Shown here piece after piece: positions 1 to 9,967 of a stretch of 64,000 nucleotides of DNA. The notes beneath the pieces were generated by a model, which did no database searches, was not told where the DNA came from, and saw only the letters and a program-made list of their open reading frames with translations. A program made the position numbers and the translations under genes. Numbering within the stretch: the stretch's first letter is position 1; each line of letters begins with the position of its first letter. This DNA is from Alphaproteobacteria bacterium (GTDB lineage Bacteria; Pseudomonadota; Alphaproteobacteria; UBA828): positions 2,944,001 through 3,008,000 of the forward strand of contig OZ243972.1 in the NCBI GenBank assembly GCA_965214705.1, written 5' to 3'.

Positions 1-1434
1 CTCTCGGCCGCGTGGCTCGAGTCCGACAATCCTTACGACGGCAAACCGTGGGCGCTTATCCCGCGCGGCAATGATGAGGACGCGAACCGCGCGGTCGCCG
101 CGGCCAAAGCGGCGTTTACGAGCGGCGACTGGCCCAGCATGAATGCGACGAGCCGGGGTGCTCTCTTGCGCCGTCTCGGCGATCTGGTGGCGCGGGATGC
201 TGAACGTCTTGCGGCCGTCGAAGTGCGCGACAACGGCAAGCTCATCAACGAGATGAGCGTTCAGCTCAAGTACGTCCCGCAGTGGTACTACTATTTCGGC
301 GGCCTGGCGGACAAGGTCGAAGGCGCCGTCATCCCCACCGACAAGGCCAACATGTTCAACTACACCCGCCATGAGCCGCTCGGCGTGGTGGTGGCGATTA
401 CGGCGTGGAATTCCCCGCTTCTCCTGGCAGCCTACAAGCTGGCGCCGGCGCTGGCCGCCGGAAACACCGTCGTGCTCAAGCCGTCTGAATTCACCTCGGC
501 GTCTGCGCTGGAGTTTGCCAAACTCGTCGAAGAGGCCGGCTTCCCGCCAGGTGTCCTCAATGTGGCCACGGGTTATGGCCGGGAAGTCGGCGAAGCCCTG
601 ATCTCGCATCCCGACGTGGCCAAGGTCGCCTTCACCGGCGGCAGCGCAACCGGCAAGCACATCTACGAGACGGCGGCGTCCAGTCTCAAACGGGTCACCC
701 TCGAGCTCGGCGGCAAGTCTCCCAACATCGTGTTCGAGGATGCGGACCTCGAAGATGCGGTGAAGGGGGCGATCTCCGGCATCTTCGCAGCGACGGGGCA
801 GACCTGCGTCGCGGGTTCACGCCTACTGCTGCATGAGCGTGTTCACGACGAGTTTGTCGACAGGCTCTTGGAGACCGCCAAGACGGCGCGCATGGGCGAT
901 CCGATGGACGTGGAGACGCAGGTCGGTCCGGTGACAACCCCGCCGCAGTACGAAAAAGTCCTGAATTACATCGATATCGCCAAGGACGAGGGCGCCACCT
1001 GCGTGCTCGGGGGGCACGCCGCTCAGCGGCCGGAATGCGGCGACGGCTGGTTCGTCGAGCCGACCATCTTCGATGACGTGACTAACGACATGCGCATAGC
1101 GCAGGAGGAGGTTTTCGGCCCGGTGCTCTCGGTCATCCGCTTCGGCGACGAGGACGAAGCGGTCGAGATCGCCAACGATGTGATGTACGGCCTTGCCGCA
1201 GGCGTGTGGACGCAGAACGTGCGCCGGGCCATCACCATGGCCGACCGCCTCCAGGCCGGCACCGTGTGGGTCAATACCTACCGGGCGATCAGCTTCATGT
1301 CGCCCTTCGGCGGCTACAAGATGAGCGGACTGGGGCGGGAGAATGGTGCCGACGCAATCCGCGAGTATCTGCAGACGAAGAGCGTCTGGATCAGCACCGC
1401 GAGCGAAGTGCCTAACCCGTTCGTGCTGCGCTGA
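1..1434 (+). CDS. Aldehyde dehydrogenase (5' end outside window)
   Basis: Frame 1 is open from base 1; motifs ITAWNSP, LKPSEFT, FTGGSATG, LELGGKSP, catalytic GQTCVAG and EEVFGPV. Confidence 0.95.
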   Translation, partial: LSAAWLESDNPYDGKPWALIPRGNDEDANRAVAAAKAAFTSGDWPSMNATSRGALLRRLGDLVARDAERLAAVEVRDNGKLINEMSVQLKYVPQWYYYFGGLADKVEGAVIPTDKANMFNYTRHEPLGVVVAITAWNSPLLLAAYKLAPALAAGNTVVLKPSEFTSASALEFAKLVEEAGFPPGVLNVATGYGREVGEALISHPDVAKVAFTGGSATGKHIYETAASSLKRVTLELGGKSPNIVFEDADLEDAVKGAISGIFAATGQTCVAGSRLLLHERVHDEFVDRLLETAKTARMGDPMDVETQVGPVTTPPQYEKVLNYIDIAKDEGATCVLGGHAAQRPECGDGWFVEPTIFDDVTNDMRIAQEEVFGPVLSVIRFGDEDEAVEIANDVMYGLAAGVWTQNVRRAITMADRLQAGTVWVNTYRAISFMSPFGGYKMSGLGRENGADAIREYLQTKSVWISTASEVPNPFVLR

Positions 1435-1501
1435 GAGCGATTGCGGCGCTTAGCCTTGGGGCCGGCATGCCCGGCCCGGCAACGCTCAGTGGCCTCCTGC
1501 T

Positions 1502-2437
1502 TTACTCGGCGACCGCGTGAGCTGCCGGCGACAGCTCCACAAGGTCGGCGACAGCGGTTGTGTACCAGCCCTCGGCGCGCTTCTGCCAATAAAGATCGCG
1601 GAGCTGGCTCGTGGTCATGCCGGGCGCGCCGTTGCCGATGGGCTTGTCGTTGAGACGGGTGACGGGCATCAGCCCGCCGGCCGACGAGCAGATGAACATC
1701 TCGTCGGCGTCGTCGAGATCGGCTGGCATGAGGTCGGTGGCTTTCGCCTCCAGACCCGCCTCGGTGCAGAGTTCGAATACCGTCTTGCGTGTGATGCCCT
1801 CGAGCAGATTGTCTCTCGGCGTCAACGCCTCACGCCCCCGCAGGAGCCAGAGATTGAAGCCCGGTCCCTCCGCAATGTAGCCCTCGGTCGAGCAAAGCAG
1901 CGGAGCATCGGCGCCGGCGTTCAATGCCTCGAACTGGGCGCGCGTCAGATCCATGCGGTTGAAGTTCTTCGCCCGTTGGTCGATGGCGGCGTTGGGCGCG
2001 CGGCGTGTTTCCGCGACCCAGAGGTGAACGCCGTTCTGCGCGCAGGATTCCGGCACGGTCGTGTAGTAGGGCACAGCGTAGGCGATGAACTCGTTCTCGC
2101 AGAGGCGCGGGTCGCCCTTGGCGCGGCCATCGCTGAAGCGGCCGCGGGTGCAGAGCGCGAGGACGAGCGCATCCGAGAGACCCGCGCGATCCACGCACTG
2201 CGCCATGATGTGCATCATCTCGGCGTCGGAGTAGGGCGAGGTCATGTAGACGTGGTCGCAGGACGCGCGGAAGCGGGCCATGTGATCGTCGAGGCGGAAG
2301 AAGGCGCCGTCTGTTACCGACACGGCGTCGAAGACGACATCGCTGCAGCTGAAGGCCGGATCGAGAACGGAAATCGAAAGATCCTCGACCGGAAGATACG
2401 CGCCCTCGCGAAACGCGATTCCAGTGTGCTCGCTCAT
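1502..2437 (-). CDS. PLP fold-type IV aminotransferase, resembling (R)-selective amine transaminases
   Basis: FFRLDDH, RRAPNAAIDQRAKNFN (catalytic Lys), EGPGFN, LEGITRKTV, ADEMFICSSAGG. Confidence 0.88.
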   Translation of the reverse strand: MSEHTGIAFREGAYLPVEDLSISVLDPAFSCSDVVFDAVSVTDGAFFRLDDHMARFRASCDHVYMTSPYSDAEMMHIMAQCVDRAGLSDALVLALCTRGRFSDGRAKGDPRLCENEFIAYAVPYYTTVPESCAQNGVHLWVAETRRAPNAAIDQRAKNFNRMDLTRAQFEALNAGADAPLLCSTEGYIAEGPGFNLWLLRGREALTPRDNLLEGITRKTVFELCTEAGLEAKATDLMPADLDDADEMFICSSAGGLMPVTRLNDKPIGNGAPGMTTSQLRDLYWQKRAEGWYTTAVADLVELSPAAHAVAE

Positions 2438-2451
2438 CGTGCGACTCCTCT

Positions 2452-4275
2452 CTATTCGGCCGCGGCCGCTCTCATCTCTCGGCGGGCCGCTTGCGTCGCA
2501 TCGAGGTCGAGCTCGTACTCAAGCGCCTCCCAGTCGATCTCGCGGACGACCACGCCGTAGTCGTGAAGCGCGCCGTCGATGCTCACATAGCCATCCTTCA
2601 CGTCTTCCATGACGGCGGCAGGGTCTCGTTCCAGCGGATCGCCGTAGCCGCCGCCACCGCCTGACCAGAGGTCGATCTTGTCGCCCTGGCGGACCTTGGC
2701 GCCGGATCGGAACATGCCGATATTGAACTCCTCGGCGCTTCCCATGTTGCGGACCAGCCGCTGGCCGTGGCCGGCCTTGCCGCCAAACAGCCCCCAGCCG
2801 GCGTTGCGTTCGCCATCGCCCATGACCGAGGCCGTGCCGATCTCGCCATCCATGTGGATGACGCGCTCGATTCCGAGCCCGCCCCGATATTTTCCCGGTC
2901 CGCCCGAGTCCGCGGCGAGCTCGTACTTCTCCCAACTGATGGGGAATTGCTGCTCGAACATCTCGACCGGCTGGTTGCGCGTGCCCGACGCATAGAGAGC
3001 GATGAAGGACTTGTTGTCGCGCGTGGCGCGGGCGCCGTAGCCACCCTCGGTCCAGCAGTAGAACACGTAAGGCGTGCCCTTAATGGGCGAGTTCTCCCTG
3101 GTATCGACACCGCCGATCACGACATTGATCAAGCTGGGCGAGGAGGCGATCACCCGCTCCGGCGTTATCTGGGAGAAGCAGCCGAACACGCAGTTGACGA
3201 TCTTTTGGTAGGCCCCCGACTGGCAGCCGACCACCGGTGCCGGGTAGCGGCAGTTCACGACGCTGCCCTCCGGCGCGATGATGTCGATGGCGTCGTAGAC
3301 GCCCTCATTGACCGGAATCTCGGGAAAGATCGCCTTGGTGGCGATGAAGCATGCCGACATCGTCATCGAGATCGGCGCATTGACGCCGCCTGCGGTCTGC
3401 GGGTCCGACTCGCTGAAATCGTAGATCAGCCGACCGTCCTTGATCCTGATCGTGAGCTGAACCTTGATCATCTTCTTGTCGGCCTCGGCGATTCCGGGGT
3501 CCTCGTCGATGTAATCGGTCCAGGTGAAGCTGCCTTCGGGCAACGCACGAATGGCGGAGCGCAGCAGTCGCTCCGAATATCGAATATACTCCTGCATGAC
3601 CGCGGAAACGGTCTCCTTGCCGTATCGGGCGTACAGCTCGTGCAGCCGCTTCTCGCCGGTCTGAAGCGAGGAGATCATCGCCCGGATGTCGCCGCGCGAC
3701 GATATCGGCAGACGCAGATTGGCGAGAATGAGCTTCTCGACGTCCTCCACGACGGCATCATCCGAGGCGATCTTGATCGGCGGGATGCAGAGGCCCTCCG
3801 CGATCGAGTCACAGGCGTCTACCGGGAAGCTGCCGGGTGTCTGCCCGCCCACGTCCGGCCAATGGCCCGAGTTGCTGACGAAGGCCACGATCTGGCCCTC
3901 CCAGAACACCGGCCGGAGCATCCGCACGTCCGGCTTGTGCGTTCCACCTCGGTAGGGATCGTTGCAGATGTAAACGTCGCCGGGACGCATGTCCTCCTTC
4001 GGGCATTCCTTCAGGAAGGCCTTGGTCGACGGCGACATCATGGTGATGAAGCAGGGGAAGTCCTCCTCGCCCTGCATGACGAGCCCGCCGTCCGGCGTCA
4101 GGACCGCAGCGCTGAAGTCCTGCCCCTGATTGATGACCATGGACATGGCGCCCTTCATGAGGACGATACCGGCCTCGTTGCACACCGCCTGCAGGGCGCC
4201 GCGAATCACCTCGAACGTGATCTGGTCGACGCCGGCGGCGGCGTTCTCGCCCGTGAACTGGATTTGCTCTTGCAT
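2452..4275 (-). CDS. Hydantoinase B / 5-oxoprolinase family subunit
   Basis: CNDPYRGGTHKPD, HWPDVGG, DSGGPGKYRGGLG, GGGGGYGDPLERDP. Confidence 0.93.
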   Translation of the reverse strand: MQEQIQFTGENAAAGVDQITFEVIRGALQAVCNEAGIVLMKGAMSMVINQGQDFSAAVLTPDGGLVMQGEEDFPCFITMMSPSTKAFLKECPKEDMRPGDVYICNDPYRGGTHKPDVRMLRPVFWEGQIVAFVSNSGHWPDVGGQTPGSFPVDACDSIAEGLCIPPIKIASDDAVVEDVEKLILANLRLPISSRGDIRAMISSLQTGEKRLHELYARYGKETVSAVMQEYIRYSERLLRSAIRALPEGSFTWTDYIDEDPGIAEADKKMIKVQLTIRIKDGRLIYDFSESDPQTAGGVNAPISMTMSACFIATKAIFPEIPVNEGVYDAIDIIAPEGSVVNCRYPAPVVGCQSGAYQKIVNCVFGCFSQITPERVIASSPSLINVVIGGVDTRENSPIKGTPYVFYCWTEGGYGARATRDNKSFIALYASGTRNQPVEMFEQQFPISWEKYELAADSGGPGKYRGGLGIERVIHMDGEIGTASVMGDGERNAGWGLFGGKAGHGQRLVRNMGSAEEFNIGMFRSGAKVRQGDKIDLWSGGGGGYGDPLERDPAAVMEDVKDGYVSIDGALHDYGVVVREIDWEALEYELDLDATQAARREMRAAAAE

Positions 4276-4307
4276 CTCGGCCCTCCGTGAAGGGGTTGGG
4301 CGCCCTG

Positions 4308-6368
4308 CTAGGCTGCGCCCGTCTCCAGGATGAGGTTGAAGTAGTGGTCAACGTCCGCGCTCATGCCAGGCCTGATCAGCACGGTCGAATCCATCTGCTC
4401 GACGATTGCGGGCCCGAGAAGCTGCGCGCCTGGCAGCAACCTGTCGCGGTCATATACCTTGGTCGAGACGAAGCCGCTCTCCTCCTCGAAGTAGACATCC
4501 CGCGCGCCGGTCTCGGCCGCGGCGGCCGTCCCAGTGCGGTCGCTCTGCGTGAGAGACGGCCGGTCGATCAGACCGTGGGCGACGAGCCGGATGAGCTGGA
4601 GCTCCACCGGAATCTCGTCGAGCACGTAGTTGTATTCCCGCTCGTGCTCGGAGGCGAAGCGGGCGAGCGCCGTGTCGAGGGCGGCCTGATCAAACGGCCG
4701 TCCCTCGATCGCGACGGAAAGCGGGACCGCCTCGAAGCCGCCGTAGTACTTGAAGTTCGCGATCCGCTGCAGAAGCATGCGTCCGTCGTCAAAGCCCGAT
4801 GCCCGCAGCATGTCGCGGGCCGTCGCCTCCATCTCCGCGAACTCCGCTTCGATCTCGGCGCAATCCAGCTGATCGGCGCGGCAAATCCGCGTTCTCGAGA
4901 AATCGTAGCGGACATCCGCAAAGAGCAGACCGAGCGCCGAGGTGAGCCCCGGGTTCGGTGGCACGATGACCTTGGGAATGCTCATCTGCAAGGCGAGTTC
5001 GGCGCAGTGCAGAGGCCCCGCGCCCCCGAATGCAACCAACGCGAACTCGCGCGGATCATAGCCCCGCTCGGTGGTCACCTGACGCATGGCCTGGACCATG
5101 TTGGCGTTGGAGACCGTGATGATACCATTCGCAGCCTTGGTGATATCCATGCCGAGGCGCTCGGCGATCCGCTGCACGGCCTCTTGTGCGAGCGCGGGCC
5201 GAAGCTTCATGGCGCCGCCGGCCAGCCCTTCCGGTTTGAGCGCGCCGAGGACCATGTTGGCATCGGTGTTGGTCGCCTCAGTCCCTCCGGCGCCGTAGCA
5301 GGTGGGCCCCGGCGCCGAGCCCGCGCTGGCAGGCCCGCTCTTCAGCACACCGCCTTCGTCGATCCAGGCGATGGTGCCACCACCGGCGCCGATGGTGATG
5401 AGATCGATCGAGGGAAAGACCACGGGAATGCCGAAATCGATCTTGGACTCCTCGGTTGTCCGGATCTCCCCCTTGAAGATCGTCGCGATGTCGGCGCTCG
5501 TGCCGCCCATGTCGAGGCTGATGATGTTGCGGACGCCGGCGAGCTGGCCCAACGCCTTGGCGGCGATAGCGCCGGCTGCCGGGCCCGACATGATCGTCCG
5601 CGCCGCGTTACGCCCGGCGCCCTCGGGCGTGGTCACACCGCCCGAGGACTGCATGACGAGAATTTCGCCGCCGTAGCGCTCGTCGCGGAACTCCTTGCTG
5701 AGTTGATCCATGTAGCGCCGAACGATCGGCTCAAGATAGGCGTTGACCACCGCCGTCGAGGTGCGCTCGAACTCGAAAATCACGGGGATCAGCTCCGACG
5801 AGAGCGTGATCGACGCGTCCGGGCATTCTTCCCGAAGGATCCGCCCCATCGCGCGCTCGTTCTCCGGGTTCAGAAAGGCGTTGAGGAAACTGACCGCGAT
5901 GGACTCAATGCCGCGCTTGCGGAAGGCCCGGCCCGCGGCGCGCGCCTCGCTTTCGTCCACCGTCGTCAGGACGTTACCGAGATAGTCGACCCGCTCGCTG
6001 ACGGTGAGGCGATCCCGGCGCGGCACCAGTGGCGGCGACGGTTCCCACGATACGTCGTACATGCCTTCGCGGGGACGGTTGGCCCGCCTGATCTCGATGA
6101 GATCGCGAAACCCCTTGGTGCCGACGAGGCCTGTTCTCGCGCCGGTGCGTGCGACCACGGCGTTTGTCGCGATCGTCAGACCGTGGAGGAAGATCTCCAT
6201 CTCCTCGAAGGAGACATCGGCCTCGCGCACGGCATCGACCACGCCCCGCTGGTAGTCGGGATACGTGGTCGGCACCTTGGTGAAACGAAAATTGCCGTCC
6301 GCGTCCACCGCCACGAGATCCGTGAAGGTTCCGCCTACGTCAACGGCCACTCGATGTCGCGTGCTCAT
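4308..6368 (-). CDS. Hydantoinase A / 5-oxoprolinase family ATP-binding subunit
   Basis: Likely start MSTRHRVAVDVGGTFTD at 6368 (ORF track over-extends it); SGPAAG, DMGGTSAD, IGAGGG, GP.SAGSAPGPTCY, FGGAGPLH. Confidence 0.93.
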   Translation of the reverse strand: MSTRHRVAVDVGGTFTDLVAVDADGNFRFTKVPTTYPDYQRGVVDAVREADVSFEEMEIFLHGLTIATNAVVARTGARTGLVGTKGFRDLIEIRRANRPREGMYDVSWEPSPPLVPRRDRLTVSERVDYLGNVLTTVDESEARAAGRAFRKRGIESIAVSFLNAFLNPENERAMGRILREECPDASITLSSELIPVIFEFERTSTAVVNAYLEPIVRRYMDQLSKEFRDERYGGEILVMQSSGGVTTPEGAGRNAARTIMSGPAAGAIAAKALGQLAGVRNIISLDMGGTSADIATIFKGEIRTTEESKIDFGIPVVFPSIDLITIGAGGGTIAWIDEGGVLKSGPASAGSAPGPTCYGAGGTEATNTDANMVLGALKPEGLAGGAMKLRPALAQEAVQRIAERLGMDITKAANGIITVSNANMVQAMRQVTTERGYDPREFALVAFGGAGPLHCAELALQMSIPKVIVPPNPGLTSALGLLFADVRYDFSRTRICRADQLDCAEIEAEFAEMEATARDMLRASGFDDGRMLLQRIANFKYYGGFEAVPLSVAIEGRPFDQAALDTALARFASEHEREYNYVLDEIPVELQLIRLVAHGLIDRPSLTQSDRTGTAAAAETGARDVYFEEESGFVSTKVYDRDRLLPGAQLLGPAIVEQMDSTVLIRPGMSADVDHYFNLILETGAA

Positions 6369-7438
6369 CAGCGCTTCCCCGGCTTCATGGGGTGAGATTC
6401 TGCCGGCAGCCCTCTCACGAGGCGCCAACCGGCCCACTCTTTCACCCGATACCATTCTAGCTCCTGCCCGCTCGTGATGCCGCGGGGCCTGAGAATCAGG
6501 ATCGCCAGCATGACGAGCGCAAGCCCTACCTCGCGGAGGTTGAGCACGCCGCTCGCGAGCTCGATGCGGAGCAGAAGCTCCCCGATCGTGGTGACGACAA
6601 GCGTGCCGATGACCGCTCCCCACAGGCTGTTCATGCCTCCGACCACGAGCATGGCGAGCGTCATGAACGTGATCCCGAGGTAGAAACTCTCCGGGCTGCC
6701 GATACCCAAGAAATGAATGTGCAGGCCGCCGCCCGCGCCGACGATGAAGGCGCTGAGGCAGAAGGCGAAGACCCGGTGCCAGACCACGTTCACGCCGATC
6801 GACGCAGCCGCGCCCTGGTCCTCCCGCGCTGCCCGGAGCCTCAGTCCGAAGCGCGAAATCTGGAAAAGATAGGCGACGGCGATGGCCGCGAGCGCCCAGA
6901 CCAGCGTCGACCAGAGACCGGTCGTGCGCGGCACGCCGGGCATCGAGGCCGCCCCGCCGGTCATGTCGTTCCAATTGCTGGCGACGACGTAGGTGATTTG
7001 CAGCACCGCGAGCGAGGCGATGCCGGCGGCGAGGCCCGAGAGCTGCATCAGCGGAATCGCGACGATGAAGGCGACGACGGCTGCGACTGCCGCCCCCAAT
7101 ATGACCGCCGGCACGGTGGGCAGCAGCTCGGTGCCGAGAGGCCCCGGCAGGTTGGGCAGCAGCACGTTCCGCATGGTGAGCGGGATGGTCAGTGCGCCCG
7201 AGATGTAGGCGCCCACCGCCATGAAGCTCATCTGCCCGAAGGACAAGATGCCCGAGTTGCCCACGAAGGTGTAAAGGCCGACCACCAGGATCAGGTTGAC
7301 CAGACCGAGCGTGGCAATGCGGTTGAGCCCGGCGTCGCCGACGCCGGCCACGATGGCCACGACGACGACGACCAACAGGCTCGGACCCGCCACGGGCGTG
7401 AGCCCCGCCATTATCTGGTCGTGCTTGCGGACGGACAT
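6368..7438 (-). CDS. Branched-chain amino acid-type ABC permease (LivM-like)
   Basis: Hydrophobic; GILSFGQMSFMAVGAY, SRFGLRLRAARED, LVVGGM; its stop overlaps the next start (TGATG). Confidence 0.9.
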   Translation of the reverse strand: MSVRKHDQIMAGLTPVAGPSLLVVVVVAIVAGVGDAGLNRIATLGLVNLILVVGLYTFVGNSGILSFGQMSFMAVGAYISGALTIPLTMRNVLLPNLPGPLGTELLPTVPAVILGAAVAAVVAFIVAIPLMQLSGLAAGIASLAVLQITYVVASNWNDMTGGAASMPGVPRTTGLWSTLVWALAAIAVAYLFQISRFGLRLRAAREDQGAAASIGVNVVWHRVFAFCLSAFIVGAGGGLHIHFLGIGSPESFYLGITFMTLAMLVVGGMNSLWGAVIGTLVVTTIGELLLRIELASGVLNLREVGLALVMLAILILRPRGITSGQELEWYRVKEWAGWRLVRGLPAESHPMKPGKR

Positions 7439-8316
7439 CAGAGAATCTGCCGTCGGCTGTGGCGCTGCAGAAGGCCCTGCGGGCGGAGCAGCAGGATCGC
7501 GATGACGATGGTGAACACGAAGGCATCCCGGAACGGCGAGAGTTCCAGGGGCAACGCGATCTGGAAAACGACCGTCATGACACCGAGGAGGAAGCCGCCG
7601 GCGGTCGCGGCCGACAGGTTGCCCATGCCGCCCACGACGGTGCCGACAAAGGCCACGAGCGTGATGCTGATCCCCGTCGTCGGCACCACCGCGCCGACCT
7701 GCGAGAGGAATATGAGCGACACCGTGCCTGCGAGGAATCCACTGATCGCGAAGGAGACGGCGATCACCCGGTTCGCGCGAACGCCGAGCAACCGGGCCAT
7801 CCGAAAATCCTCGGCCGCCGAGCGCATGTGAAGCCCGATCGAGGTCCATTTCAGACCCATCGCCAGGGCCGCAACGAGCAGGATCGTCACCGCAACGGTG
7901 ACGACGCCGAGCTTCTGAATCCGCACGTCGCCGATCTTGAACAGCTCGAGCACGAACATCGGCATCATCACCGGCCGCGCGTTCGAGGTGAGCGTTGCCG
8001 ACATGATGTTTTGCAGGAGATAGCTCACAGTGAAGGACGTGATCAGCAGGGTGGCCGCGCTTGCGCCGCGCACGGGGCGGAACGCCGTCCGCTCCATGAG
8101 CAGCGCAAGCAGGGTCGTGGTGGCGAGCGTGCCGAGAATGAGCAGCGGCCACGGGTAGGGGCTGAGGGCCGCCATCGAATAGCCGCCGACCATGATCAAG
8201 TCGCCGTGGGCGAAGTTGATCAGCTTCATCACGCCGAGGATCAGGGCGATGCCGAGCACGGCGAGCGCATAGAGGCTGCCAAGGCTGATCGCATCGACGA
8301 AGTGCTGAGCGATCAT
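7438..8316 (-). CDS. Branched-chain amino acid-type ABC permease (LivH-like)
   Basis: GSLYALAVLG, INFAHGD, VVGGMG, LLRPQGL. Confidence 0.92.
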   Translation of the reverse strand: MIAQHFVDAISLGSLYALAVLGIALILGVMKLINFAHGDLIMVGGYSMAALSPYPWPLLILGTLATTTLLALLMERTAFRPVRGASAATLLITSFTVSYLLQNIMSATLTSNARPVMMPMFVLELFKIGDVRIQKLGVVTVAVTILLVAALAMGLKWTSIGLHMRSAAEDFRMARLLGVRANRVIAVSFAISGFLAGTVSLIFLSQVGAVVPTTGISITLVAFVGTVVGGMGNLSAATAGGFLLGVMTVVFQIALPLELSPFRDAFVFTIVIAILLLRPQGLLQRHSRRQIL

Positions 8317-8336
8317 CGTGCGACGCTCGGGGGCAC

Positions 8337-9854
8337 CTAGGCTGCCGACGTGGTCTGCACGTCGAGACCGAGTTGATCGATGTAGGACTTGACGATATCG
8401 GCCCTGATCGTGGCGTCGGTGCCCTCGCCCTCCAGCGCGATCTCGCCGCGCCGGAGAACGTAGATGCGGTCGCTCATCTCGATGGTCGCCAGCGCGTTCT
8501 GCTCGACGAGGAGGATGGAGACGCCTTCGTCACGCAACGCCGCGAGGGAATCGAATACGCGCTCGACAAGGATCGGCGCGAGGCCGAGGGAGGGCTCGTC
8601 CACCAGCAGCAGTTGCGGGCGGGTGAGCAGGGCGCGGGCGATCGCAAGCTGCTGCTGCTGACCGCCGGAGAGATTCCCGCCGCGCGAGGTACGGCGCTCA
8701 CCGAGTATTGGAAACCGTTCGTAGAGCTCCTCCAGATCGCGCGTCGTTTGCTGCTTTTCGGTTCGGGTAGCGGCCGCCACCTTGAGATTCTCTTCGACTG
8801 TAAGCTGCGCGAAGATGTGCCGCCGCTCGGGCACCAGGGAAACGCCCTTGCGCACGATGTCCTCCGGTGCTTGACGCACCAGCGACTCATCGCCGAGCTG
8901 CACGCCTCCCTGTGTCGGCCGCAACACGCCGGCGATCGTGAGCAGCAGCGTCGACTTGCCGGCGCCGTTGGGCCCGACGACGCCCACCATCTCTCCTCGC
9001 CGGACCTTGAGCGATACGCCTCTGAGCGCCGGCACCCGGCCATAGCTGACATGCAAGTCTGCGACCGAGAGAAGCTCAGGGGCCTCTTCACGCTCGCTCG
9101 GCACTGGAGCGGGGGTCTGATCCGTGACCTGCGCCCCGAGCTTTCTGGTGCCCAGATACGCGGTGATGACCGCGTCGTTCTTTTGAACCTCATCCGGCGA
9201 GCCGGTGGCGATGGTTTGCCCGTTGTCCAGCACGTGAATGCTGTCGCAGAGATTCATCACGAGCCGCATGTCGTGCTCGATGATCAGAACGCCGCAGCCC
9301 TCGCTCTCCCTGATCCGCGAGATCAGGGCCACCAGTTCGTCGCCCTCCGCTTCGTTCAGGCCCGCCGCCGGTTCATCGAGGAGGAGAAACTGCGGGCGCG
9401 TCGCGATGGCGCGGGCGATGCCGACACGCTGCTCCTCCCCGAAGGAGAGCTTCTCGGTGGGCAGATGCGCCCTCGGCAGGAGACCGACCCACTCGAGCAC
9501 CTCGGAGGCGCGGCGCTTGGCCTCGCGTCGCCCGAGGCCAACACCGACGGCTGCGACCTCTACGTTCTCGGATACCGTCAGGCCGCGAAACAGACGGACA
9601 TTCTGGAACGTCCGCGCCAATCCGCTCTTCGCCAGTCGATTGGGCGACCATATCGTCACCGTCTCTTCGCCGAGCGTGACCGATCCGCTCCTGAGCGGCA
9701 CGAAGCCGCTCAGCGCGTTCATGAGTGTTGTCTTGCCTGCGCCGTTCGGGCCGATCAGGCCGAGGATTTCGCCGGGATCGAGCTTGATATCAACGCCGTC
9801 TACGGCCTTGACACCCTCGAAGTAGACTCGAAGGTCCTCGCCTTTCAGGCTCAT
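8337..9854 (-). CDS. Fused double ABC ATPase (LivG-LivF-like)
   Basis: Two Walker A motifs (GPNGAGKT, GPNGAGKS) and two Walker B motifs (LLLDEPAAG, LLVDEPSLG) in one 505-aa ORF. Confidence 0.92.
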   Translation of the reverse strand: MSLKGEDLRVYFEGVKAVDGVDIKLDPGEILGLIGPNGAGKTTLMNALSGFVPLRSGSVTLGEETVTIWSPNRLAKSGLARTFQNVRLFRGLTVSENVEVAAVGVGLGRREAKRRASEVLEWVGLLPRAHLPTEKLSFGEEQRVGIARAIATRPQFLLLDEPAAGLNEAEGDELVALISRIRESEGCGVLIIEHDMRLVMNLCDSIHVLDNGQTIATGSPDEVQKNDAVITAYLGTRKLGAQVTDQTPAPVPSEREEAPELLSVADLHVSYGRVPALRGVSLKVRRGEMVGVVGPNGAGKSTLLLTIAGVLRPTQGGVQLGDESLVRQAPEDIVRKGVSLVPERRHIFAQLTVEENLKVAAATRTEKQQTTRDLEELYERFPILGERRTSRGGNLSGGQQQQLAIARALLTRPQLLLVDEPSLGLAPILVERVFDSLAALRDEGVSILLVEQNALATIEMSDRIYVLRRGEIALEGEGTDATIRADIVKSYIDQLGLDVQTTSAA

Positions 9855-9967
9855 GTGTTCCCGCAGTTCCGGGTTGATTGGCGTTCCGCGTGGTCGACCG
9901 CTCGATCGTTACGCGCGTAGACGCCGGCTGCGCGAACGGCAGCCGGCATCAATCGCAAGCCCGAAAC

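Noticed and set aside
4287-6395. Long antisense ORFs (also 2767-4290, 8373-9920, 18270-20600, 35013-36569, 55125-57365)
   Set aside because: Shadow frames of well-supported genes on the opposite strand, typical of high-GC DNA; no motifs
4308-7526. Apparent 1072-aa proteins (4308-7526 and 17442-20660) and the 601-aa ORF 15982-17787 as novel fusions
   Set aside because: The N-terminal extensions are off-frame readings overlapping neighbouring genes; likely starts are 6368, 18300 and 17007
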